NCBI GenBank assembly: GCA_030704615.1 | Contig: CM060733.1 | Span: forward strand, 72,478,001 to 72,542,000 | DNA: 64,000 nt | Origin: Takakia lepidozioides | Lineage: Eukaryota; Plantae; Bryophyta | Reading direction: 5' to 3' | Shown here: piece by piece, positions 26,057 through 38,200 of the stretch | How the letters are laid out: each line of letters opens with the position of its first letter | Numbering within the stretch: position 1 is the first letter of the stretch | The notes under the pieces: generated by a model | What the model saw: the letters and a program-made list of their open reading frames with translations, nothing else | Told to the model about the DNA's origin: nothing | Databases searched by the model: none | Program-made: the position numbers and the translations under genes

Positions 26057-26995
26057 ATGGCGGAAATAACAGACTACACGCTCGCCTTACTACTTACGCA
26101 GTGGCACAAGGACAGACGAACGGAGAGTACATTTTCTCTAAATCGATACTTGCAAGCCCCACAGGCTTACAAGCACTTACCCATTTCATTCTGTGTCAAC
26201 CATACCTTCATGCTCTGTGCACTGCAAGCTTTCCTTCAGCTGTTTCAAACAAAGCCTTTCAGTTTGTCTAGAATGAAGAGAGTGAGGGGAATGGAGGATA
26301 TCAGGGTGAAGAGCACCACAATCTTACAGAAGCAAACGATAGCTGCGCCACAGGCGGTGCAACTACTGAAGGAGCTGCGATTGGAGGGATTGCTACGCAA
26401 GGACTGGTCCTTGCATCATCGGTAGTTCATGATACAATTTCTTCAGAACTTTGAGCCTCGGACAGGAGTTACTCAGGTGAGGGGAGTAGATATAGAAATT
26501 ACTCCCCAGTACCTGCAGCAATTGTTTGATTTGCCATCAGGACATGTAGATGTGGATGAGCACAGGGCAAGATTGCAGATAGGGAATCTGTTCCAAGAAG
26601 GGACTTTCTTTAAAACTCAAGGTTTTGCTTGTACCAAAGCCGAGTACCCAGGGCTTAGAGAAGTTGGCCAAATCTTGAACGTTCTGTTTGCCATGAAACA
26701 GAACCAATAGTATTTGAGCAGGTCATTCACAGAGGAGATCCTGAAAGCTTTCAGGGGAGAGGACGTTGCTTGGGCGGAGTTAATGTACAACAGATTGGTG
26801 GACGAGATGAAGAGGTTACAAGGCACTGCTGCTAAGTCTCCGATCATTGTGTCCGGTCCAATCATTGCTCAAATAATTCTTGATTCTTGCATACTTGATA
26901 CTCGGGAAAGAAAGGAGATGAGAGTGTTTGAGGCAGAAACCACTGCAATTGAAGAGCAAGGCTCTTCACACAGTGAGGGTGGACTGGCAGCGCAA
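26057..26995 (+). pseudogene. 3' accessory ORF of element B, first part (continues 38722-39061 and 52305-55431)
   Basis: Homologous to the element C ORF 42803-44221; broken by TAG stops and by MULE-2. Confidence 0.8.
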
Positions 26996-27414
26996 GAGCG
27001 TAGCTACGGCGTGAGCCCAGCCCCGTGAGCCTGGGAGCTGAGCTCACGTTCAAGCTACAAAGCGTGAGCTGAGCTCACGCTTCAGGGAAGCGTGAGCGGC
27101 ACAAATCTGCTGGAGAAGAAGGTCCTATAGGCGAGGATTGTAGGAAGAGGGCCTATTACCGTGGACAAAACAAAGGGGGCCAACACACACCATGTGTGCA
27201 ATGCCCGCTCAAAAACAGAAATATGAAAACATGGCAGATTTGAGCTCAGAATGATTGTCACAGTTTATTTCAAATCACAGATAGACGCTTACAATGAATT
27301 GCATGTGCATTTGCCCTGGTTCCGTAAACAAAATCCATATGTTTGTCAGAAATGCAAAGTCTTCACACGGCAACCTGCAAACCAGCATGGGCAGCGGGCA
27401 TGGCTCGTATGTGT

Positions 27415-30400
27415 TCAAAGAGAAGTTGGCGGAGCTCCACGCGAGGTGTCCCGCTGTAGAAGGGTGTTCACTTCTCCATAGCCTAGTGTGGCTTGGTGGA
27501 TGAATTGGTCTCTCTTACCGTCGCAACACATAATCACAAGGTATATGTAATATTGATGCTTGCAGGGGACCCACTTCCCCCTCATGCCGAGAGCGCCCTC
27601 ACGCATCGTTACAAAGTCCGGACAAGTGCACGAAGGGAAATTCCCAACGGTAACCTGATATTCTTTGCCATGAAGAACTGACCCAATTGACAGCACTGTG
27701 TAAATCCGTCCATACCCCGGAGAAGGGACTTCGGTGATACGAGACACCCGAGCCTGCAAAATTCTAGCAGATTCCATCTTGCATTCGTGATCTGCACCCG
27801 AAGCGAAATGGCGCACTGTTTTTCCATCTCTTTTTGTTGGGTGGGAGTCGGCACAGGGTGGCGGCATTGCCGGAGCATGTGGCACATCTGTGCCGACAGT
27901 GCATGAGGGCACCACCCGGGACCGTGCAAGACAGAACCCTCCCTCCTCCAGCATGCTTATCTCGGTTGATGACAGCGACGTCCCAATTTGCACAGGCCAA
28001 ATTGCGGGGGGAGGGGGTTTCATTATCACCGAAGGACGAACTGTTCCCTTCACGCATCGTGCCATATCGTCTGGGCAGAACCAAAATTTGTGGTCCTTTG
28101 ACTCCCCACTATGATAAGGTCGGAACAACCCTGTGAATGTTGGAGCTGGAGTCCCCCTGGAGCCTTTGCATATCTTTGATTTGCATTTCTTGAATGAGGG
28201 GGTCCGAATTGCCATGCAAGCCACTCTAGATCCTGGTGGGGTGCGTTCTATATGCCACTCACTATCAATGCAATCGGATTCCTGCACCATGGCCACCGCC
28301 TCCTCCAATGGGATTCCCGCTGCTGTGCTTGTATGTTCTGCACGTGCTCCACTGGAGGAGGACCCACCTGGGAAGGGGCGGGCACACGACTCAGTCTGCA
28401 GTGGAGACACCTTTGGCACAGAGAAATTGACCCTGTCTGGCCGATGGGAATCTCCATCTGACCCTGGAAGAGTGTTCAATTTCCTTTTGCATGATCCAAA
28501 TCTTTCCTCAACTTCCAAATGGGGGATCCTGGATTGTAGAGCGGACCCTTCAGTGCATCTGTTTAGAGCTCTGGCCATCTTTGACGGGACTCCGGACCTA
28601 CTCGCAGCCCTTAGCATCAACAAAGTCGTATCAGGGCCCTTGCCTCCACCCCGTCCCATCAGAAAATTGCGGTACCTGGTTTGTTGTGTAAGTGCACGCA
28701 CCATGTCATCAGCAGTGGCCACATACAAGTCACGACCTGCTTTGGTAGACTGCTGCATCCAGGCGTTGTGAACAGTCTCCGCCAAATTACAGGATGGCAT
28801 GTCGGCCAAGTCCTCCAAGGACATGTCCTGCAGGAGGCATTGCATGGATATGTCAGGAACGAAAACAAATGGTAGAGGTTCTTCAAGTGACAATCAAAGA
28901 ACCCCAAATGAACAGGCACGATGCAAAATTTCTGTTTTTGGGATTGAAGAGGCTTACCGTCGTCATGAAAGCTCCCCACTGTCTGTACCTGAAGTGCCAG
29001 AAAACCAACCAGTCCTCCAACTCCTTTACGTGGGTACCTGTTGCAGCACCAGAGGAGAACCACCAAGCCCGGATTGCCTGGTAAGTGCTCTCAGCTTCTC
29101 CCATTGAGGTGGCATTCTTGTACTTGAGACAGAGCCTTCTGTGCTCCAACTGCAGGTCAGGGCGAATGCAGCGCTTTGTATGACGTGCCAGAGATTGAGT
29201 CCAATGGAAGAGGCATGTGCGCTCCCTATTTTCCATTGGGACCTTAGGATCCCCCGAACCAAACACGCGTCGCACTGCATTGAAATTTGCCTGTGCACTA
29301 TCAGCCATGAAGCCCGCAAAATTTGTGTTTTGTATTCCATTGCGCTGCATGACGGCCAAGAGCGAATTCCACATGAGCATTTGGGATTCAGTGTCCTCCG
29401 ACTGCATATCACAAATTGCTATGGAGAGCACACGCTGGTACGCCGGATCATACACATGGCACGCCATGGTTGTCCAACCCTTCACCCGTTTGCAGTGATC
29501 AAACATTAACCAACATTTAGCCAAATCTCCTCCTGGTTGCATACGGCGGACAATGCTCACACCACTGCCTTCGCCCACAGCGGACATCTTGAACAAATAC
29601 ACCTTGGACGAGCCCTGGCCAGGGAAGATACTGTTTTGAATGAATTCATAGCGACTCCTCCGTTTCAGGTCCATAATGTTGTCCATGAATCCAGCAGTGC
29701 CTGTGCCCATTCTGAGTGCATTCACCTGGTTTCGAATATTGGGAGAGCTCAACACGGAGAAATGGTCCATGACTGCATTAAGCGAATCTGCATCCAGCAT
29801 AAGTTCTGTTGCATTCCCTTCACCCAGTATGTGTTTCTCCAGGAATGCCTTGCTAGCTGCAAGCGCTATAGCAGAAGGTGTTGCACAAGGGGCATTGTGA
29901 AACTCCTGCTTCAGCAGATTTCTAGCGATGTCCACGCTATCCCTGCAACTTCTTTGGACACAGGATGCTCGTGTGCACCCATATGAATGCAGGCACGAGT
30001 CATTGTCTTGCATCGGTGTGCCACCTGATACATACGAGCGTGGCACACAGAAACACAGGACGGGGAAAGTTTGCAGAACCTGCACACGAAAGTATTGGTC
30101 CTGGGAGGGGCAAGCCCTGGGGTGAAAGGATTCAGGGGCACACCTTCCCACTCACTTTCGTTTGGTTGAGCGCTGTTTCTCAAGCGAGGGCAAGAAATAT
30201 TCTGGCACTTACAATGCCCAACGCAGACTGACCTCCGAAATTTCAAGCCAATGTCGTTATGGATGTTCGACGTTTTTGTCCTGCACCAAGGATGTCCGTC
30301 ATGTTTCTTGTCCATGCCCTGTAAAAGCCCAGCCAGTCCAGTGGAAGAGGTGGGAGGGTTGAGCTCAAACAGGATGTCCCCATCAAACTGTGCTGGCACG

Positions 30401-30978
30401 TATTGAACCCGTTGCACAGGAAGGGACTCCCAGTCAACAAAACGCAGCTCGCTCTTGCACCCAGGCACACCTGCGAGGGCTTTCAATTTTGGAATGACAC
30501 TCGTTATCTCTTGCAATTCGTCATCATCCAATGACGGAGTCTGCACTGGCGGAGGAATCTCAGAAACATCCTCCGAGGACGAGTCTGAAAGAGTCACGAA
30601 GGTAGTGGATGTGCTCACCTCTTGTTTCACAGGAACTGTGCCCTTCTGTTGCACGACCGATGCTGCAGTGCCAGGGGTAACGACCGATCCTGCTGATTGT
30701 CTTCTCTCTTTTCCAAGGACACGGTATGTGCCTGGAAGGACTCTCCACTTCCTTCCACACTTGCCAACCAATGGTTTCTCCAAGTGCCCAGAATCCAAAT
30801 TCCCATCCTCGTCATACACCTCTTTTTGAACAAGGAGAGAACCCAACTCCAGCGGGAACACTGTAACCAGCTCATCCTCATGAACAACTGCAAACCCATC
30901 GTCGTCTGCAGTGGCAGTCAGTGGAAGAGTACCTGCATTGGAATGGAATCGAGCAAGTGTATCTCGCTCCCTCGACAT
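27415..30978 (-). pseudogene. MULE-2 transposase (GCM-like, DDE, Cys-rich, SWIM); one frameshift near 29950; intron 28957-28828
   Basis: WLMFDH, FMADSAQANFNAVRRVFG, CLFH, CNLAETVH, CTCPDF...CKH. Colinear with the MULE-1 transposase, with the same intron position. Confidence 0.85.
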
Positions 30979-31925
30979 GTTTTCCCTCACTGAACGAAAG
31001 TTGCGGAATCCTCGAACTGATAGCCCGCAATTACCGAAAGGGGAATTAAGACAAGCAAACCGAGGTCAACAAGGCTAGCTCCAATCCAAAGGTTGCAGGT
31101 GATGCATGCAAAGGATGTAGGGATGAGATGCACCTTCACTTCGGAAACAGCAACGCCAAGAGGCACTAACCAGAAAAACTGTTTTCAAATACTACAAGAA
31201 GCCGTGCTGTTTATGGATGAAAACAAACACTGAAAACGACATGAAACCATCCATTATGAAAAGACGGCAACAACCCTGGAGAGCAGTAAACAGGAAGACC
31301 ACAAATGTCATGAGGTTGTGCTGTGCCAGAAGAGCACAGCACAAACACTGACACTGCAGAAGATACCTCGCACGAATGCGTGCCAGACATGGTCGTATCC
31401 GACAGAACCCTTTATGCCGAATGACCCCATGGCGACGGTAACGGTAAACTGCAAACCACAGGGTAGGCAGTACAACACACGTGGATGCATATGTGAAGCA
31501 TAACAATTATTGCGGATCTGCAAGAACTGCTCGAAAATGAACTAGCATTAGATTTCTACGGCACATCCGAATTTGAAAGAAAGCAAGAAGGCCGCGGTGT
31601 ATTGGCAGGCGGCGCAGTACATCTGACATATATCGCTAGTGCATGCAACGGATGTACTTTTTTTCTTGCGCTTTATTGCTTGGATAATACGGAGACGACG
31701 GAATGGATGAATTCCGTTCGCACACAATAACAACACCCGCATCCAAATATGGTTGATAACGTCCAATTTCGATTTTGGTTACATGCCATAGCAGCACTTG
31801 TTACAAACGTCAAACTGGAGAGCTCTAGAGGCATCGTGGGGAGCCCTTGTTTCCAGCGTAGGAGGAAGAGAAGGAAGTCACTATACTTCACGAGCTCTAG
31901 AAACAGGAATAGAGCCAGAGATAGA

Positions 31926-34900
31926 ATGAGGATGGAAAGAGTGGACGAAGAGGAAAAGGAGGTAGAAGAGGGAGTAGAGGAAAGTGTGGCGATGGAGGAG
32001 CAGGAATCAGCAGAAGAACAGCAGCCCGCCATAGTTCCAAGGACAGATGAAGAGGACACCGCATCTGAGGGAGAGACAGACGAGATGGAAGAGGATGTTG
32101 AAGGTGGCCTCACGAGGAGTCTGCCTGCGGGAAAGAGGAAGGGGGAGAGGCTCACGTACACGCTCGGCGCAGAGAGCAGCCCGAAGCGCAAAGGGTCCCC
32201 GGCAATTGGGGAGTCTTCTGGAGCAGCCAAGAAAAAGGTGAAATTCTTAAGACCCACATTTCTGTTTCGTTGCTGATATGAATATAGCCCACACAGGACA
32301 TCTGCACCACGCTGAAAGCACCGCAAACTGGAAGCCCAAACAGTGTGCGGCAACGCACACTGTTTGGGCCTACCAATTTGCTTGATTGTTCAGGTGCGAA
32401 ACGCCCAAACTTGGGCACTACAGCAGGTTCAACACAACCCAAATTGCAACCTCAAACAGTGTGAGTTGAGCTGAACATTTCACTGCTGTTTCCGTCTGGA
32501 TATCGGTTTTCCAGGATATGTATGTCAGGACGACAGAACCCTTCAGTGGCAGCTCAAACAGTGTGCGTTGGCGCACACTGTTTGAGCTCTACATGTCACG
32601 GTTTTCTCCGTGTCGAATTCGCCCTTTAGGGCACGTTTCTGATGAAGGAATAACCATTCAGTGGCAGCTCAAACAGTGTGCGTTGGCGCACACTGTTTGA
32701 GCTGAACATGTAAGTGTTTTTTGGTGTTAAAATTTGGCATTTAGGGCACGTTTCTGGATGAAATAACCATTCAGTGGCAGCTCAAACAGTGTGCGTTGGC
32801 GCACACTGTTTGAGCTGAACATGTCACTGTTTTTTTGGTGTTAAAATTCGGCATTTAGGGCACGTTTCTGAGGATGAAATAACCATTCAGTGGCAGCTCA
32901 AACAGTGTGCGTTGGCGCACACTGTTTGAGCTGTACATGTCACTGTTTTTTTGGTGTTAAATTCGGACTTCCAGGGCAGGTTTATGATGATGAAATAACC
33001 ATTCAGTGGCAGCTCAAACAGTGTGCGTTGGCGCACACTGTTTGAGCTGAACATGTAAGTGTTTTTTTGGTGTTAAAATTCGGCATTTAGGGCACGTTTC
33101 TGAGGATGAAATAACCATTCAGTGGCAGCTCAAACAGTGTGTGTTGGCGCACACTGTTTGAGCTGTACATGTCACTATTTTTTTGGTGTTAAATTCGGAC
33201 TTCCAGGGCAGGTTTATGATGATGAAATAACCATTCAGTGGCAGCTCAAACAGTGTGCGTTGGCGCACACTGTTTGAGCTGTACATGTCACTGTTTTTTT
33301 GGTGTTAAATTCGGACTTCCAGGGCAGGTTTATGATGATGAAATAACCATTCAGTGGCAGCTCAAACAGTGTGCGTTGGCGCACACTGTTTGAGCTGTAC
33401 ATGTCACTGTTTTTTTGGTGTTAAATTCGGACTTCCAGGGCAGGTTTATGATGATGAAATAACCATTCAGTGGCAGCTCAAACAGTGTGCGTTGGCGCAC
33501 ACTGTTTGAGCTGTACATGTCACTGTTTTTTTGGTGTTAAATTCGGACTTCCAGGGCAGGTTTATGATGATGAAATAACCATTTAGTGGCAGCTCAAACA
33601 GTGTGCGTTGGCGCACACTGTTTGAGTTGAACATGTAAGTGTTTTTTCCGATTGAAATTCGGCATTTAGGGCACGATTCTGAGGATGAAATAACCATTCA
33701 GTGGCAGCTCAAACAGTGTGCGTTGGCGCACACTGTTTGAGCTCTACATTTAAGTGTTTTTCCGGTTTAAATTCGGCATTTAGGGCACGTTTCTGAGGAT
33801 GAAATATCTTGGAGTTTACAATGAACACTTACCTGGCACAAGTAGATGTTCAATGATCATTTATATGGCAAGTGAAACAGTGTGCGTCAACGCACACTGT
33901 TTGAGCCCACTTTTACATTGTCTTTTTCTGTGGAATTCGGCAACATAGGACATGTCTGTGAGGGTCAATGTACACTTACCTGGCAGCTTAAAATAGTGTG
34001 CGTCAACGCACACTCTTTGAGCCCACTTTTTCATGCCTCAGCCGTCGTTTCATGCCTCTCTAATATCAAGTTGAATGAACAACCCTGCAGGAGAAGATGC
34101 AAAGTGTGGCAGATGAGGTCCCTTCGGGTCAGGAGAAGGAGATAATTGTTGATGTGGACGATGAGTTCTATGAAAGCAAAGCCGCTGAGATGCTGGGGGG
34201 TCAGAAGGTAAACTCTCAGCTTGTGGTGCAAAGTATGCTTGCCCCGGGTGGGAGGTTGAAGATTCCCCTGTGTAGGTTGGTTTCCATGCCCGTCGTTCGT
34301 ACACCCCTCGTCAAGGACATTCTCAAGCTGGAGGCCGAGTTTGTGCATGGGTATTTGGATGGATCCGCAGTCTTTTACGTTTCTACTAGGGATTCCAAAG
34401 GTAATGAGCTCCTCGTGGATCAGTCAATCGTGGACTCCTGGGACCCCATTTGGAGACAGCTGAACGAATCCTTCGAACTTCTTCTCTCCAGGAAACCTTC
34501 CACCCAGGCATTCTCGGGAAAGATGTTTCACGTTTGGGATGGGAACCACCGCTTGCTTGCATGGATGGCTGTCATTGGGAGGCTGCACTCACAGGAGGAA
34601 GAGTGGCATTACTCTGTTCGATCGATGGTGCTGGATTGTGACGGGAACATGATGGGTCTTCTGACGGCAATGAATGATGTGAACAGGTTGGTTTCTCATT
34701 CTACATGTTCCACTTGTGGTTCCGTTCTTCTTTGATTGAAGACCTTGAATTTCATTCTGACTTGCAGATATCATTCTGCAGAGGAACGGAGACATCGCAT
34801 GTCAAAACGAGTTTGGTTCACACACTGTATAGGATACAAAGGATAGGGCAGATGCCCTTGACCAACTTCAAGACCATCCTTTCAGCGGAGATGTACAAGA

Positions 34901-37900
34901 AGTGCGAAAGCTCCAAGACATCGGAAACGTGGTACTCGTTGACCCGTGAGGCTTTCATGGAGTACATGTACACGGTGAGATACATCTTCCTTCATCTGGT
35001 CTTCCATATTCCACATGTTTGTTTTTGTTTGTTTCCCTTGACCTTGTGCTGATGCAACTCTCTTGCATTCCCTTGCAGCAAGACATTGCAGATGCAGGGG
35101 AGCGTGGCAAACTGGAATACTACAGCTCTACCCCTGAGGAGAGAAGGACAGCAAAGGGGGTTGAGAGTCGCATCCAGAAAGAGATGACCGCTACAAGAAG
35201 GACTATAATGAGTGCTTTCGTGAAGCAGTTGAGAATTGCCGACCCATCATTCGGACCGCAGTTTCTCCTGGAGATAAAAAACCATTATAACAAGCCAGGC
35301 AAGCCAGAAATGGCCCAGGAGAAGTTGCACAGGTTGTCTACCGCCGTTGTGTCTCCAGAACAAAAGGTGAAGTGGCTGCAGATATGGAACTCCGATCCCA
35401 CAGTTAGGGATACCCACATGTTCCCAAGGCCGGAGAAAGAGAAGAAGACCCAGCGTGTCATTCCTGTCAGTGACAATGTGCTGGACACCTGGCTTCACAA
35501 GGCCACTTACTGGAGCCAGGTGTGATGTCCTTCCCTGTGTCACTGTCTTTTCTCTTTTCCTGTCCTTATCTTTCTATTGCCTCTTACATTCGCTGTGATT
35601 GCTTTTGGGTTCATTCTTGCATTTGTATTGTTTTGCAGTTGGAAGAAAGGGCCAGATCGGTTCTGCATACTCAGCTGGCTGACTATGGCATCAGTATGAT
35701 AGCACCGAAGGTGTCCTTCGAAGCATACATGAGGAAATGGAGAGCCACAGTGTGGCACTCTTGTTTCTTTAGAGAGTTCAGCAAGGAGGGTGGCATCAGT
35801 CGAACAAATGAGCTGGACCAGCAAGAAAAAGGAGAGGAAGCCTGGAAACGATGCCTTTACAGGTGCACACTCTTGCACTACTTATTTGTGCTGTGGTTGC
35901 AATGTGTTGTGGGCATACTGTTGAAGGGGGTCTTCCTGGTGTGATGGAAAAGTTGCCACACAATATTTCCATTGTAAAATGAGGCTGTCTCTGTTGCTGC
36001 AGGTACATAAAGTTTGTTCTCCTGGAAGAGAATTGCCTGGACAAACATCCGGATTTCGTGGACCTGTGGCTTGTCCCTGCTGGCAACCAGACCATGTTTA
36101 CTACTGGGATCTTGCATGACTGGGGCCCAGACCATCTTTCTTCTTGTGGTTGGTATTTGGATTGCCCTCCTTCTGAGACCCCAGCTCCAGAGGTGTCTTT
36201 GAGGAGAGAGAATGACCGTATTGCAGCCACTGCCGCAGCAGCCGACCTCGACATTCATGAACGTAATTTGAGGACTCTTGCAGAGAAGGAGCCTCCCGCT
36301 CAGGATACCCCAGGTAGAGGAAGAAAGGCAAAGGGAAAAGATGTTGCTGGTGTTGTTGGGAAGGGAAGGGGTAGAGGGAAGGTGGCACAAGGGCAGGGAA
36401 GTGTTGCAGATATTGGCCCTGTGGAGCATGTCCAGCAGACTCCACCGCATGGTAGGGGATCCGGGAGAAAAAACAAGGGGGTGGTTGATCCCAAGGACCC
36501 GTACCATGCAGTGGAACATCCCACGAGGGTCATTCGCCCAACCAGGTTGGAGATGGCCAACGTCGGGTTCCTTGCCATGATGGAGTCGAAGAAATCTGAT
36601 TACAAGGGCGAGCCATCACCAGTGTGGGACAGGATTGTGCAGTTCCTCAGCACGGTGCGTGTTCTCTTTGGGTTCTGTGGCTTCTGTTGTTTTTGTCTGC
36701 TGTGGGCATGGATCGTTTCTAAACTTGTGAGAATTCCATTGTATTTTTGTTTGCAGGCTAAAATGACCAAATCCTGGGTGAACGGGAAGGAGAAGCCATA
36801 TGCAGCCGAACTCATCATCTTGGACATCCCTGATGGGTTGGCAGTCCCGGATATCCCTCCATCGGGTGCTTGTCCGGGTTGGAATGCTTTTGATGAGCGC
36901 TACTGGCGGTGGGTTTTCTCCTTTTGCAACTTCTTCCTGTCCGATGCAGGTGTTTTGGTGCTCATCCAGTCCATCGACGGTCGGTGTCGCCGTGCACTTT
37001 CCAGCTATTTGAAAGCCTCGGGCATGAGAGTCGTGAAGACATGGAATTGTGTGAACAGCATGTACCTTACGAAGGGGGATCGTCCGGGAGAGATGGTGAG
37101 TTTGCCTTCTTCTTCCTCTTCTTGGTTGTTCTCGGATGGGGTTGTATAGGTCGCTCGAACTCATATGTAGGGGCCCGATTTTTTTTGCTTCTTAGTTCCT
37201 TGTGGATGTCATGTTCGCAGACTCGTCTATTTGAAGCTGTTTGTCTCGTCCGGGTGCATCCACAAACGACTCCGGCCGGCATTACCGAGTTTGCCATCAC
37301 TCATGGGGCCAAGTTCATAGATGACAGGACAGATCCCCCCACGGATGACATGCATCACAACTACGTCGACAGCAACGTGTGCTTGCGAAGGGGGAATGGG
37401 GTTCCTTGGAGAGGGGCGAGGGAGAGGAGCCCGGCTTTCATTCAAACGATTGTGGAGTGCTGCACCTACACAGACGCCAGAGTTCTGGATTTGTCGATGG
37501 GCACAGGTTCGTCTCTTCAACATTCACATTTCATGAGGTTTGATTGAGCTTGCACTTTCAGCACTTCCCACCGTTCCGAATGTGTCTTCAATGTCTTCTT
37601 CATTCATTCTATTCCACTGCAGGTGCTTCTTACCACGCTTGCAAGGCCAGTGCGCGACATCTCTTTGGGATTGAAGGGGATGCTGAGATTTACAAGAACC
37701 TCCTGATGGGTTTGGGTGGACACACTTCTCAAGTCCTTCCGAAGCCCCGTCCCGTTGATACTGATACAGAGGAGACTTCTGACAAGGAGCTGGACTCCGA
37801 CTTTGCCTGTGAGTAAGTTCAACCTTTGCATGCTTGCATTGTTGTTTCAATATCGAGAATCGCTGTTCTTGAGGCAAAGTGCACATTGGAGACATCCTCT

Positions 37901-38200
37901 TTGTTGGACTTGTGCATTGCATCATTGTGTTAAAAATGGAGTTTTGTGGACATGTGCAGGAGTCCGCGTGCTTCCACTTGCCCTCCAGGGCTATCACACC
38001 TATTTGGACTTGTTTGCAGTCCTCCTCGGTCTTGCGTGCTACCTGTCTATGCGGAGGCACTCGCAGCAAGCATGTCCGTTCATGGGACTCCGAGTCCACC
38101 TTACGACGGCCTTCGTAGAACACGTGGTGTTGGGGCCAAAATCTTTGTACATGACATAGCACAGGAGGTGGACACTGATTGTGATGACTGCGACACTTGA
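31926..38200 (+). CDS. MULE-2 ParB-like / beta-class DNA amino-methyltransferase-like fusion protein (multi-exon, apparently intact)
   Basis: Predicted exons ~31926-32237, 34091-34687, ~34781-34974, ~35079-35519, ~35639-35862, 36003-36654, 36757-37095, 37221-37506, 37623-37812, 37960-38200. Motifs KIPLCRL...VWDGNHRLLAW; ELIILDIPDG; RSPAFIQTIVECCT...VLDLSMGTG/AS...RHLFGIE. Confidence 0.8.
32551..33743. repeat. Array of 11 x ~116-bp units, each with the hairpin AGCTCAAACAGTGTGCG-TTGG-CGCACACTGTTTGAGCT; degenerate copies near 32337, 33875 and 33990
   Basis: Hairpin starts at 32551, 32666, 32779, 32895, 33011, 33127, 33243, 33359, 33475, 33591 and 33706. Lies within predicted intron 32238-34090. 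Confidence 0.95.

Noticed and set aside
32551-33743. CRISPR array (38-bp palindromic repeats at regular spacing)
   Set aside because: The ~78-bp spacers are homologous to one another rather than unique, no cas genes are present, and the context is a eukaryotic intron.
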